Shown here: positions 10,695 to 19,543 of the stretch, piece by piece
How positions within the stretch are numbered: position 1 is the stretch's first letter
Layout of the letters: each line of letters opens with the position of its first letter
Source: a virus
Taxonomy: Duplodnaviria; Caudoviricetes
Strand: one strand, 5' to 3'
Virus record (IMG/VR): IMGVR_UViG_3300034092_001518
Coordinates: 1-62,135 of that record
Length of the DNA stretch: 62,135 bases
The notes under the pieces: generated by a model
Databases searched by the model: none
Told to the model about the DNA's origin: nothing
What the model saw: the letters and a program-made list of their open reading frames with translations, nothing else
Program-made: the position numbers and the translations under genes

Positions 10695-10965
10695 TTTTTA
10701 TTTTTGCCTTTCCTTCGGCAAAGCCATGTTTTCCAAAGTCTATTTGAGCAACAGGCTGTTGCGTGTCTTTATTTTCTTCCTCATCAATCTTTCCTAGCAT
10801 GTATAAAGCATCTTCAAATGCAAGCCTTTTTGCTGATGCTGCATTCTTCAATTTATCGGCAGATATATCGTCTTCTGCATGAGTTATTATTGGCTCTCTT
10901 AATACTTTAATAAGCTCATCAACTGCTACCTTAGCTGCCTGTATTAACTCTATTTTCTTAGACAT
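10684..10965 (-). CDS. Putative terminase small subunit
   Basis: 93-aa helical protein overlapping the terL start; the call is positional only. Confidence 0.4.
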   Translation of the reverse strand: MSKKIELIQAAKVAVDELIKVLREPIITHAEDDISADKLKNAASAKRLAFEDALYMLGKIDEEENKDTQQPVAQIDFGKHGFAEGKAKIKNGK

Positions 10966-11510
10966 ATATTCTTGTTGTACATTCTGTAAAGAACCTCATC
11001 GTCTATTCTAAATTCATACTCACTATCTGGAGAAAACGCAACAATGTCTCCCTTGCTAACGTCCATCAATGCATCGTTAAAATACACTAGTTCCCCCCAC
11101 AAATCTTCTCTCGATCCAATACTTGATATAATTTTATCTTGATTTTTTATGGGCCTAACAAAACAATATGGATAAGGAGACATCCAATCACCATTTGGGT
11201 CTTTATATAGGTACAACTGATCAGGCTCTATGATAAAATAATCATCAAACAAATGATGCCAGCTACTTTTTTGGTTTCCCTTCATGTCGTAATAGAACTT
11301 AAACACATTGTGATGAACAATAACATTGTCACCACTTTTAATTGGGCCATCATAATTTATTGGAACAGAAATAACCACACCAAGTCTATTAGAAACGGTG
11401 TGGTCTTCTTGAGACGTACTTATTATAAAGTCAATATCGCCATACTTACGCACATTGTCATAGCGCTTATCGTTGTAAGGCTTAATTATAAAATGGTATG
11501 GAGACTTCAT
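10950..11510 (-). CDS. Divergent GroES/Cpn10-like co-chaperonin, possibly two tandem domains
   Basis: 186 aa. GVVISVP..IKSGDNVIVHH and FVRPI...GELVY..VSKGDIVAF..EFRIDDEVLYRM each resemble the Cpn10 beta-barrel pattern. Confidence 0.5.
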   Translation of the reverse strand: MKSPYHFIIKPYNDKRYDNVRKYGDIDFIISTSQEDHTVSNRLGVVISVPINYDGPIKSGDNVIVHHNVFKFYYDMKGNQKSSWHHLFDDYFIIEPDQLYLYKDPNGDWMSPYPYCFVRPIKNQDKIISSIGSREDLWGELVYFNDALMDVSKGDIVAFSPDSEYEFRIDDEVLYRMYNKNICLRK

Positions 11511-11734
11511 TAGAAATCTATATTATACTCAATAGATATAGGCATTGAAGCAGAGAAACTTTTCCACTTGACAATCTCCTTGTCTTGATTAAGTATATAT
11601 ATAGATATAGATGAATCAGACTCCATGAGTATTGTGTCTATAGAACCATTTCCTCTAAGGACTTCTTGTCCAACTACATAGTGCATAGACTTCATGTAGT
11701 CAGGACCTACCGATATTTTTCTAATTATATTCAC
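11510..11734 (-). CDS. Hypothetical protein
   Basis: Part of ORF 11510..11764; the probable start is a GTG near 11734 (VNIIRKISVGPDY...). Confidence 0.55.
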   Translation of the reverse strand: MNIIRKISVGPDYMKSMHYVVGQEVLRGNGSIDTILMESDSSISIYILNQDKEIVKWKSFSASMPISIEYNIDF

Positions 11735-11963
11735 CTGTTTGAAGATTGATTTTAATGTCTCCATACTTAGACACTAACTCATCTTGAAACTGCGATAAGT
11801 CAAATGCAGATGTTTCTAGATTAGCTAATGATGCCATCTTTTGGCTCTTCATTCGTTCAAACGAAACCTCGATGTCAGCGATTTGAAATTTAAGATCTCT
11901 GTAAGTTTGATTTAAAGATCTTAGCTTGTCTAACTCTTCCTGAGTGATTTTCTTTTCTTCCAT
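11721..11963 (-). CDS. Small coiled-coil hypothetical protein
   Basis: 80 aa ending KYGDIKINLQTGEY; TATATTTG box at 11990-11997. Confidence 0.6.
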   Translation of the reverse strand: MEEKKITQEELDKLRSLNQTYRDLKFQIADIEVSFERMKSQKMASLANLETSAFDLSQFQDELVSKYGDIKINLQTGEYN

Positions 11964-12015
11964 TTTATTTAATTTAAAATTATTTGTTACAAATATAGTA
12001 AATATTCGTAATAAA

Positions 12016-12423
12016 TTACATAGATATGTACCAAGTAGTATTAGCGTTATTGTATTGAAAGCATACTGGGGTATCAGCCGTCAATGTAGATGGAGCACCA
12101 ACTATTGATGCACCTGGGGTAATCCAAGTTGTTGATGGTCTAGTAACAGTAGACATTATAACATACTTTAAACCATCAATGCTTGAACTAGCTGTTGGCA
12201 TTGTTACAGCAAATGATACGGCTGCTGGAGTACCAGTAAAGTATGTGTTAATATTTGAAATAGTATAGTTTGCTAACGTTCCAGTAGAATCAATCTCTGG
12301 AGCTTGAGTTAAGTTTACTACATCCTGTATCTTGAAGTTTACAGTATCTCCTGTAGAATTTTTTGTTCCAAACAACAGGTCATTTACGCTTGGAGTTTTA
12401 GTTTGATAGTTACCTGCTTTCAT
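12016..12423 (-). CDS. Putative small virion/fibre protein
   Basis: 135 aa, Thr/Ser-rich and beta-strand-like. Confidence 0.5.
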   Translation of the reverse strand: MKAGNYQTKTPSVNDLLFGTKNSTGDTVNFKIQDVVNLTQAPEIDSTGTLANYTISNINTYFTGTPAAVSFAVTMPTASSSIDGLKYVIMSTVTRPSTTWITPGASIVGAPSTLTADTPVCFQYNNANTTWYISM

Positions 12424-12557
12424 CGTCCTTGTCCTTTATATTTTTTTTTATAGTTCTTTGATGTCTTTAAAAAAGATGTCTTGGTCTTAGCGTGAACGCC
12501 AGGCCTTTCAACGTGTTTTTTTTCTACCTTACTCGCCTCTAAAATTTTTTTACTCAT
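12420..12557 (-). CDS. Small basic protein (45 aa, ends YKGQGR)
   Basis: Translated by hand: MSKKILEASKVEKKHVERPGVHAKTKTSFLKTSKNYKKKYKGQGR; ATGA-coupled to both neighbours. Confidence 0.6.
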   Translation of the reverse strand: MSKKILEASKVEKKHVERPGVHAKTKTSFLKTSKNYKKKYKGQGR

Positions 12558-12706
12558 CTGTTTCTAAGTGTAAAGTTAATAAAAGTAATCGAATAAAAAT
12601 TTCTGTACATGTCTATGTCAATAGCAAATAATCTAATTGGTCCAATAGTTATTCTTAAACTTAAGTTTCCCCAAATTTCTTTTAGCCAATGATTTCTAAA
12701 CTTCAT
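12554..12706 (-). CDS. Small hypothetical protein (50 aa)
   Basis: Translated by hand: MKFRNHWLKEIWGNL...FTLRNR; ATGA overlap with the endolysin stop. Confidence 0.5.
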   Translation of the reverse strand: MKFRNHWLKEIWGNLSLRITIGPIRLFAIDIDMYRNFYSITFINFTLRNR

Positions 12707-13350
12707 AGTTTTTGTAACATTTCAATCATTCTAGGACATGGGTATATGTCGCTCTTATCCTTTCTTACCGAGTTGTGGGTATAAATACCAGGAATTCCTT
12801 TAAATGCGCTCTTGTCAATATCAAATATTTCTGATCTATAATCTTTGGGTATGTTATATGTTTCACACAAATACACCAAAAGCTGTCTTGTAGACTCTAT
12901 TTGAGCGTCAGTATATTTATACCAATAAGTATAACCCTTGTATGGTTTTTCTAGTTTAGTCACCATTGAAGGATCAACAGATCTATTTACGTAGTTATAA
13001 TATTTTCCGTCTTTAAGTTTTAGAGGCCCCCAGTTGCACACCTCAATACCAACTGATAACTTATTTAAGTTTTGGTATTTAGCTCCGTTCTTGACAAAGT
13101 CTTCTGAATCTATACCTAAGTGCCAAGCCCAATGTCTAGATGAAAAACACTGAACTATTGTTCCTCGTTCTCCAATGACAAAAGCAGTAGCTATCCTAAT
13201 GTCGTTACTGTTCCAATACTTTGATACCGCAACAGCATCACCTCCTCCAGCTGTATGGTGTAAATATATTTGAGTCTTAGGGCTATCTTCAGCAAAATAC
13301 TGATCTTCTGATAGTCTAGACTGTACTATTTTTGTTGTATCTAGCTTCAT
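12703..13350 (-). CDS. Endolysin, N-acetylmuramoyl-L-alanine amidase (Amidase_2-like)
   Basis: IYLHHTAG, AWHLG, SVGIEVCN and YTHNSVRKDKSD.YP zinc-amidase motifs. Confidence 0.85.
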   Translation of the reverse strand: MKLDTTKIVQSRLSEDQYFAEDSPKTQIYLHHTAGGGDAVAVSKYWNSNDIRIATAFVIGERGTIVQCFSSRHWAWHLGIDSEDFVKNGAKYQNLNKLSVGIEVCNWGPLKLKDGKYYNYVNRSVDPSMVTKLEKPYKGYTYWYKYTDAQIESTRQLLVYLCETYNIPKDYRSEIFDIDKSAFKGIPGIYTHNSVRKDKSDIYPCPRMIEMLQKL

Positions 13351-13847
13351 TAGTTTTTAATGTCTTTATAAGTGTCCGATACTTTTTTCAAACCATCCTT
13401 TAATTTTTTTACTGTATTGAATGCTGTTTTTAAAACATTATTGCCAGAGATATCAAACCAGTTTTCATTAATAGATGTAAGCTCTATTATTGCAAATATT
13501 CCAAGTAGAATGTTTGTAAATATTGCAGGAGTTGTAATTACAAATGAAAAACCTAAAAACTGAAGAAAACTATTTGCAAAAGGAGTAAGTGCGTAATAGT
13601 CTAAAGGAAAAATAGCTCCTGCTGTAATATAATAACCAAGAGCTTTGTATGTATATCCTTGCCTAAGTATTTTAGACTTAAAAACATCTCTATACCTTCT
13701 GTTGGTATCTATGGCTATTTTACGCAAAGAGATTAATTTAACTAAAGTATCAATTAATATGACAAACATAAGTATCATTGCCATTAACTCTACGGGAGCA
13801 AAAAAAGACGTTATCGTTAAAAAAAATAAAGACAACTTTGTTTTCAT
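13350..13847 (-). CDS. Putative holin
   Basis: Several hydrophobic segments, an ELTSINEN motif and a basic C-terminus; adjacent to the endolysin. Confidence 0.7.
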   Translation of the reverse strand: MKTKLSLFFLTITSFFAPVELMAMILMFVILIDTLVKLISLRKIAIDTNRRYRDVFKSKILRQGYTYKALGYYITAGAIFPLDYYALTPFANSFLQFLGFSFVITTPAIFTNILLGIFAIIELTSINENWFDISGNNVLKTAFNTVKKLKDGLKKVSDTYKDIKN

Positions 13848-14329
13848 ATTCTAGAAAGTTTATTTTTGATAATTCTGTAGATTACATATAATAAAATTAA
13901 AATCCACAATATGCCACCACTCCAAGCTAAAAATATAGTAAATCCAGGGGTATATTTTATTTTTTGTGGCTTTAATGTTTTTGTTACTAACTTTGTTTGA
14001 TATATAGTATTTCCAGGTATTGTTTTGTAAACAGTATCTGTCTTAGCTATAACTTTATATTTATTACTTTTCAATCTTGCCTGTAATTTTAGTATTGTAC
14101 CATCTTTTTCTGATAGTCTACTAGCGTATACATTTCCTAATGAATCACAGAAAAGAGTATCCTCAATAAAAACAGTTTCACCAGGAAGCTCTATAGTTGT
14201 ATCGCGATACTCAATAATTGTAACTGTGCTATCTTTTTGAACACAGAGAGGGCAATACTTCTCTAGCTTTCTTTCGATAGAACAAGAGAAAAATAAGAAT
14301 ATTGTAGATAATATAAGTATATACTTCAT
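13844..14329 (-). CDS. Putative unimolecular spanin (lipoprotein)
   Basis: Lipoprotein signal MKYILILSTIFLFFSC plus a C-terminal transmembrane segment; first gene of the lysis cassette; TACCTTTG box at 14335-14342. Confidence 0.6.
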   Translation of the reverse strand: MKYILILSTIFLFFSCSIERKLEKYCPLCVQKDSTVTIIEYRDTTIELPGETVFIEDTLFCDSLGNVYASRLSEKDGTILKLQARLKSNKYKVIAKTDTVYKTIPGNTIYQTKLVTKTLKPQKIKYTPGFTIFLAWSGGILWILILLYVIYRIIKNKLSRI

Positions 14330-14362
14330 ATCCACAAAGGTAACTAAAATATGCTTATTTTT

Positions 14363-14497
14363 TTATATGTCTTTTAATAACTCTTTAGGTACGCAAACCG
14401 TAGTACCTTCGGTAGTAAATATGTGAACATATATATCATCAATCTCCTCCCATTCGGTGAAGGTGTAGGTAATATCGTTGACTGTTACGCTATGCAT
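14363..14497 (-). CDS. Small hypothetical protein (44 aa)
   Basis: Translated by hand: MHSVTVNDITYTFTEWEEIDD...LLKDI; follows the fibre gene. Confidence 0.45.
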   Translation of the reverse strand: MHSVTVNDITYTFTEWEEIDDIYVHIFTTEGTTVCVPKELLKDI

Positions 14498-15932
14498 ATA
14501 GTAATACTCTAAATTGATCAACCGCTGCAACATCTCCAGCATTTTGGCATTGAGTGGTCCATATTAAATAATAGTTTAAGGCAGGATTAATGGTAAAAGT
14601 TAATAGTGTGGATGCTGTACTTTCAGTGCCTGAAGCTGTATTTTGATACCTTAAAGATGTACCTGAACAGCTGATACTTTTCTGTGCTAATAAAGCCTGT
14701 TGAATACCTCCTCCATTAAGGGTAACTATGCCACTCATTGTACTTGCACCTGTTAATGTATTGGTTTGGTTTATATAAAGCCTGCTGTATACCTGCCCTA
14801 AGTTACCTGATACCCTTGCAATTCTCCATGATAACTCAAGCAAAGAGTCTGATGTCAAAGTATTGGCAGGTATTAACAATGATTTAGAGATATTAATCAA
14901 AGTACCTGATGTGGTAGTACCCACAGTACCAGAATAACCTAATACTTGCGGACTAATTCCACTACCTGTAACAGTTAGGTTTCCACTACCAAGTACGGAA
15001 GCTCCGTTGATGGTCTTGATATTAGTACTACTAACTAGTGTAGGCTGTATACCAGCATTTGATAGTGATTTATTTTGCCAAAGATCAGTAGCTTGATCGT
15101 ATTGTATTATGTCATTATCAGCAAGTCCAGATATCTGAACGTCATGTAACTCCTCTATTTCATATCCATTTTGCACCCTAACGTACATCCTTCCAGCGCT
15201 ACCATTGTTGGCTGTTGTAACAAATCCGAGATATACCAAGTGATTAGGAGCCGATGGCTTTACATTAGTTATTGAACCTGCCGTTGGGCCCAAGTAAACA
15301 GGATCTCCATCTGCCCATGTAGACGTAGGAAGAATACTAAGACCGTCTAGCTGTCCGTTAAGTATAATAAATCCCTTCTGATTGGCTCCAATTGATGCAG
15401 ACAACACTAATCCTACTGTTTGTGCTGATGTAGCGTCAGTAGTGTTGTATGCAAGCTTAACCTTTAGTCTATCACCTTGTCCTCCAAACGCATATACAGG
15501 CTGACCTTTAGTTATGGTTATTGACTCATCATTTGTTACATATGCTAATAGTGTATTTGGAGAAGTTCCAATTACTTGAAAAACATTTAACGTTGAATTG
15601 TATACACAAATCATTTCAGCTCCATCCTCAATGTCTCCACCTATAATTTCTCCATCATTGTTTCTGTACAGAGAAACAGCTCCTAGTCCGTTAATGTTTA
15701 ACGTTGATACCGTAGTATTACCATTAGTGAATCTAACTAGATAAGCATCACCATCAGCATAAGAAGTTGCTCCAGCAATTGATACGGTGTACGTGTCAGT
15801 TCCACTAGCTGTTCCGTGAGGTATACTTCCTGATCCACCTCCGCCAGATATAACTTTAGGCTTGCCGTCTGGACCATTTACCTGTAATCCTTTTGGTCCA
15901 AATATATATCCATTTGAGTCAGTTACTTGCAT
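14490..15932 (-). CDS. Fibre/spike protein (tail or head fibre)
   Basis: 480 aa, Gly/Thr-rich; RVQNGYEIEELHDV and LVSSTNIKTINGASVLGSGNL segments are typical of phage fibre shafts. Confidence 0.65.
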   Translation of the reverse strand: MQVTDSNGYIFGPKGLQVNGPDGKPKVISGGGGSGSIPHGTASGTDTYTVSIAGATSYADGDAYLVRFTNGNTTVSTLNINGLGAVSLYRNNDGEIIGGDIEDGAEMICVYNSTLNVFQVIGTSPNTLLAYVTNDESITITKGQPVYAFGGQGDRLKVKLAYNTTDATSAQTVGLVLSASIGANQKGFIILNGQLDGLSILPTSTWADGDPVYLGPTAGSITNVKPSAPNHLVYLGFVTTANNGSAGRMYVRVQNGYEIEELHDVQISGLADNDIIQYDQATDLWQNKSLSNAGIQPTLVSSTNIKTINGASVLGSGNLTVTGSGISPQVLGYSGTVGTTTSGTLINISKSLLIPANTLTSDSLLELSWRIARVSGNLGQVYSRLYINQTNTLTGASTMSGIVTLNGGGIQQALLAQKSISCSGTSLRYQNTASGTESTASTLLTFTINPALNYYLIWTTQCQNAGDVAAVDQFRVLLYA

Positions 15933-16252
15933 CTAAGGAAAGATAAGTTAGGGCCCTCTTCTCCACTAATTATAAATGTAGTATTAGCGTCTGTAGATGT
16001 TGCTGTTATCTGATCTCCAGGATGTAATATATACACCATGTCATCAGTAATTGTATCACCGTGATTAAGTGAAACAGAGTATATGTCTACAGTAGCAGCA
16101 GTTGATGATACATACTTTTGAAGCGTAACATCATAGTTGGTTACAGAGTTTGAGAATCTAATATAGTTTATAGCACACACGTTCTGTGGCTTGCACTCGT
16201 ACAATATAGTGCTAGTTACACCAACATTACCTTCGTTGCTAATAAGAGCCAT
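15923..16252 (-). CDS. Putative virion protein
   Basis: 109-aa beta-rich ORF within the fibre cluster. Confidence 0.5.
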   Translation of the reverse strand: MALISNEGNVGVTSTILYECKPQNVCAINYIRFSNSVTNYDVTLQKYVSSTAATVDIYSVSLNHGDTITDDMVYILHPGDQITATSTDANTTFIISGEEGPNLSFLRCK

Positions 16253-16253
16253 A

Positions 16254-16514
16254 CTACCAAAGTGCTACGATACCAGTTGCTGATGTTGTAGAAGCAAATA
16301 CTCTGATAACTTGGATAGGTAATACAACTCCAGCAGGAACAGAGTTAAAGGTAACATCATCACCGCCAGCAGTTAAAACTCTAATAATACCTCCAGATCC
16401 AGAGTACAAAACACACGGCCAAGTCTCTGTTGGATATCCAACATAAGGAATATTGTCAGTGTCGCTAGGTGTTACTACCGCAGCTCTAGATTGTTGTAGT
16501 TTTTGATATGCCAT
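16254..16514 (-). CDS. Head spike base protein-like (RcGTA Rcc01079-like)
   Basis: AAVVTPSDT...LYSGSGG.IRV..AGGDDVTF..VPAG.VLPI.VIRV...TTSATGIVALW pattern. Confidence 0.6.
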   Translation of the reverse strand: MAYQKLQQSRAAVVTPSDTDNIPYVGYPTETWPCVLYSGSGGIIRVLTAGGDDVTFNSVPAGVVLPIQVIRVFASTTSATGIVALW

Positions 16515-16516
16515 CT

Positions 16517-16642
16517 TTAGTTATTTTTTATAGTGTTTAGTGCATTTAAAATGGCCACTATATCAGACAAGCTGTATGCTCCCCTTTTTGTGGCCTCGTC
16601 CAAGGCTCTTTCAATTATTAATATTGCTTGTTCTTTTTCCAT
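16517..16642 (-). CDS. Small hypothetical protein (41 aa)
   Basis: Translated by hand: MEKEQAILIIERALDEATKRGAYSLSDIVAILNALNTIKNN; fills the gap between two genes. Confidence 0.5.
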   Translation of the reverse strand: MEKEQAILIIERALDEATKRGAYSLSDIVAILNALNTIKNN

Positions 16643-16644
16643 TA

Positions 16645-17277
16645 TTAAGGTATTAATTGAATTTTGTATGGGGTTCCGTTAACATCAACCTTAATGTAGT
16701 CAGTACCAGCAACATTGGTTACTAAATCAGATGTAACTGATAACGATGCTTGAGAAACATCTGCGTTGATGATTCCAAACTTAGTGGTTGCTCCTCCAAA
16801 TTTGTACATACTCGAAAAACAATCAAACTCCAAACGACTTACTCCACCCAAATATAAACTTAAAAATTCACCTCCAGGAGATGAATTATCTAAGCTCATA
16901 CCCCAAGATGGACCAGAATTACCAAATATATCACCAATGTATGCGTATGAATTTGCATTACCAGTCTCTCCGTAAATATTAAGTAAATTAGATGAAGACT
17001 GATAAGTAAAATAAAGTCCAGCATTATAGTTACCAGTTAAATTTGTACCACCAAGTCCAGTTATCTCTGATAAACTTGAATCTACAAGACTTCCTAGAGC
17101 AGTACCTTTGGGAATAGTGTTTAGTGTAATAGGAAATGTCCCACCACCAACGGTCTGAGCAAAGTCCTCAATGGTAAATGTTTGATCGTTAGAGTTGACT
17201 AACGCTGAACGTCTGTTGACAACGGTTGTAGGCTTAATAGCCTCAAACTTTGTTCCTGCTGGTATATTTACTGGCAT
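16645..17277 (-). CDS. Putative head fibre protein
   Basis: 210 aa, Gly/Ser-rich, ends YIKVDVNGTPYKIQL; next to the spike-base-like gene. Confidence 0.5.
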   Translation of the reverse strand: MPVNIPAGTKFEAIKPTTVVNRRSALVNSNDQTFTIEDFAQTVGGGTFPITLNTIPKGTALGSLVDSSLSEITGLGGTNLTGNYNAGLYFTYQSSSNLLNIYGETGNANSYAYIGDIFGNSGPSWGMSLDNSSPGGEFLSLYLGGVSRLEFDCFSSMYKFGGATTKFGIINADVSQASLSVTSDLVTNVAGTDYIKVDVNGTPYKIQLIP

Positions 17278-17298
17278 ATTTTTTCTTTTATAAAGTTA

Positions 17299-17559
17299 TT
17301 ATTTCTTAGTACTCTTTCCGTTTGCCCCGTTTCTACCCCTATTGATAGAAGGAGACTCAAGTACAAATTTACCATTTTTTTTCATACTAACATCTGGGCC
17401 TCCCTTTCCGTCAATATCTCTTTTTCTTCGTTCTCTAGTGTGCTCTGCCCTATACTTCTTCTCAGACTCACTCTTGTTGAGTTCCCTCTGATACTCCCTT
17501 CTCTTCTCCGCTGCTTTCGGGTTGCTTGCGTAGTATTTCGATGTTTTGCTCTGTCCCAT
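17299..17559 (-). CDS. Small basic protein, degenerate HNH-like
   Basis: KGGPDVS.KKNG...ESPSINRGRN resembles minimal phage HNH-like proteins, but the expected His is replaced. Confidence 0.45.
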   Translation of the reverse strand: MGQSKTSKYYASNPKAAEKRREYQRELNKSESEKKYRAEHTRERRKRDIDGKGGPDVSMKKNGKFVLESPSINRGRNGANGKSTKK

Positions 17560-17725
17560 AAAATATCTTGTTAATTAATAGGTTAGGGTTGTTTAACATT
17601 TCTTTTCTTTCATTGCATCCGCAGTCCTCTCCAGCAACCGCCTTTACAACTTTTTCTATTCCAGTGGCCTTGGTTATTGCGTGTATAGTATCACCAAATC
17701 CGTAGTGCTTTTTAATTATAATCAT
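17468..17725 (-). CDS. Hypothetical protein with a GFGDTI...DCGC motif
   Basis: A motif type common in phage small proteins; the C-terminus overlaps the next gene. Confidence 0.5.
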   Translation of the reverse strand: MIIIKKHYGFGDTIHAITKATGIEKVVKAVAGEDCGCNERKEMLNNPNLLINKIFYGTEQNIEILRKQPESSGEEKGVSEGTQQE

Positions 17726-18111
17726 TTCCTGTACTTTGCTGTTTTCTTAGCTATTGATTCAGGCTGCTTAACAACGCTTCCAGTTCCTCCACCCTGTCTC
17801 TTGGCCCTTGTTGTTGCAGCATATTCTGATGGGCTTAACGACTCAATAGCCTTTTTTGGTAGGTATCTCTCTCCAGTCTCCTTGCTTGGCTTGCCACTCT
17901 TGGTGGTCCATTCTTGTTTTGTCCACTTGGATAAACTGTTTGACTCAGACTTCTTTCCCTCGTACTTTCCTCCAGACTCTTTATATTTAGCCACAGCTAT
18001 CTGAGCCTTTCTAGCTGACCACTGACCTGCGTCACCGCCCTTTGTGCCTGACTTAACGCTAGACACAATTCGGTTCCATAGCTCTGGATTTTTCTTTTTT
18101 GCTACAGACAT
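17722..18111 (-). CDS. DUF5872-like basic protein
   Basis: GQWSARKAQ and SLSKWTKQEWTTKSGK...ERYLPKKA motifs. Confidence 0.6.
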   Translation of the reverse strand: MSVAKKKNPELWNRIVSSVKSGTKGGDAGQWSARKAQIAVAKYKESGGKYEGKKSESNSLSKWTKQEWTTKSGKPSKETGERYLPKKAIESLSPSEYAATTRAKRQGGGTGSVVKQPESIAKKTAKYRK

Positions 18112-18112
18112 T

Positions 18113-18415
18113 TTATGACCCTTTAACCCACTTCTTACTTGGTGACGCTGTTTTGCTTGGCGACCACTTGACCTTGTCGGCCCAGTATGCAGCGCTCATC
18201 TTTCCCTTTGAAATGTTTTTTGCGTGACGGCTTTTAAACGCCTCTCTCTGACCTGCCGTTTGATTGGTCTTTACTCCCTGCTGACCAAAACGAATAGTCT
18301 TAATTTCGTCACCCTGCTTCGCCACAACAATGTGACTTTTTGTTGGGTGACTTGGAGTTCTTTTCGGTTTATTGAACCCCTCAACACCAGCTCGTTCTAG
18401 CCTAGGGTCTTTCAT
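18113..18415 (-). CDS. Conserved basic phage protein
   Basis: KSHIVVAK...IRFGQQG...FKSRH...SAAYWA motif. Confidence 0.6.
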   Translation of the reverse strand: MKDPRLERAGVEGFNKPKRTPSHPTKSHIVVAKQGDEIKTIRFGQQGVKTNQTAGQREAFKSRHAKNISKGKMSAAYWADKVKWSPSKTASPSKKWVKGS

Positions 18416-18552
18416 TTTTTCTTGGCCATTTTTTTCATGGCGGCTTTCATTCCGTACTCCTTGATCATCTCCTTTTTAGATTCAGACTTTTCGTGCTTCA
18501 TCTTAGCAGATTTGCTGGCATACTTTTCGCCAGTCTTTTTTTCAGTTACCAT
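18412..18552 (-). CDS. Small Lys/Met-rich protein (46 aa)
   Basis: Translated by hand: MVTEKKTGEKYASKSAKMKHEKSE...AMKKMAKKK; ATGA-coupled. Confidence 0.55.
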   Translation of the reverse strand: MVTEKKTGEKYASKSAKMKHEKSESKKEMIKEYGMKAAMKKMAKKK

Positions 18553-18560
18553 TTTTTTCA

Positions 18561-19004
18561 TTATCTAGGATTTATTTTTTTATCTCTAATTACTCTTTTG
18601 ACAGGCTGGCCCTCAGCATTGAATCTTGTTCTCTCCATTCTACTTCCCCCACCAGGCATGTTATATCTTTCAGTCTCAACCATTCCGCCACCAATAGTAG
18701 GTCTCTCAGTCATAGTACCCTGAACCTCTTGTCCATCAAACTCACTTGATATATCATATCTTCTTCTGTTAAGAATATCAATGGCGTTGTTTTTAAATGG
18801 AACACTATTGTAATAATTATCGGCAGCATCCATCATGGTTTTTTCAAAATTTGACACAGCGTTAATTCTATCTCTATTCATTAAGTTAGCATTTCGTGCA
18901 TCAACAGCTGGAGATTTTCTTGTTTCAACCATGAAATCCTGAATAACACTTTTTGGCTTACCGCTTTTTGGACCAGTCGTGGTCATAGTCGTTCTATTTT
19001 TCAT
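18561..19004 (-). CDS. Hypothetical protein starting MKNRTTMTTT
   Basis: Likely ATG at 19004, downstream of the TATATTTG box at 19023-19030. Confidence 0.6.
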   Translation of the reverse strand: MKNRTTMTTTGPKSGKPKSVIQDFMVETRKSPAVDARNANLMNRDRINAVSNFEKTMMDAADNYYNSVPFKNNAIDILNRRRYDISSEFDGQEVQGTMTERPTIGGGMVETERYNMPGGGSRMERTRFNAEGQPVKRVIRDKKINPR

Positions 19005-19036
19005 AACTTTGTTTTTGAAGTACAAATATAATAAAA

Positions 19037-19543
19037 ATGAGAATAATAAAAAAAAAGAAAAGACGTGCAGATGCCATATACTATGGCAGAGATACTAAGT
19101 ATGATTTTCTTAAAAATTGGGGCGTAATTAGAAAATGGGCCATATATCAGTACGGGCTTAAGTCATCGGCAGACATAGATATGCTCATGTTTTTGTACTC
19201 AGAAAAATTATTTACACGATCAAAGTTTAACGAGTATGCATCCTTTATGTCGTGGGATAGAAACAGATTTGACAGACTACTTAGCGATGGATTTATCTCA
19301 ATATGGAGAAAAAGAAAGTACGGAGAGTACAATCTTTACGAGCTGTCGTTTCAGGCTAAAAAAATGATTGCTAGTATGTATAGAAAGCTAATTGGGCTAG
19401 AACCCTTCCCAGAGACACCAAGACGAAACAAGGTTATGAAACCAAGCGCATCTTACTCGGAAAGAATGCTAGCCCACGCTATAAGAAGGTTTAACTCTGA
19501 GTTTAAAGAACGCAAACAATATCCTTCTCTTGAACAACAGTAA
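19037..19543 (+). CDS. Hypothetical basic protein, possible winged-helix regulator
   Basis: 168 aa; RFDRLLSDGFISIW...YELSFQAKKMI resembles a winged-helix recognition helix and wing. It is the only convincing plus-strand gene in the late block. Confidence 0.55.
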   Translation: MRIIKKKKRRADAIYYGRDTKYDFLKNWGVIRKWAIYQYGLKSSADIDMLMFLYSEKLFTRSKFNEYASFMSWDRNRFDRLLSDGFISIWRKRKYGEYNLYELSFQAKKMIASMYRKLIGLEPFPETPRRNKVMKPSASYSERMLAHAIRRFNSEFKERKQYPSLEQQ

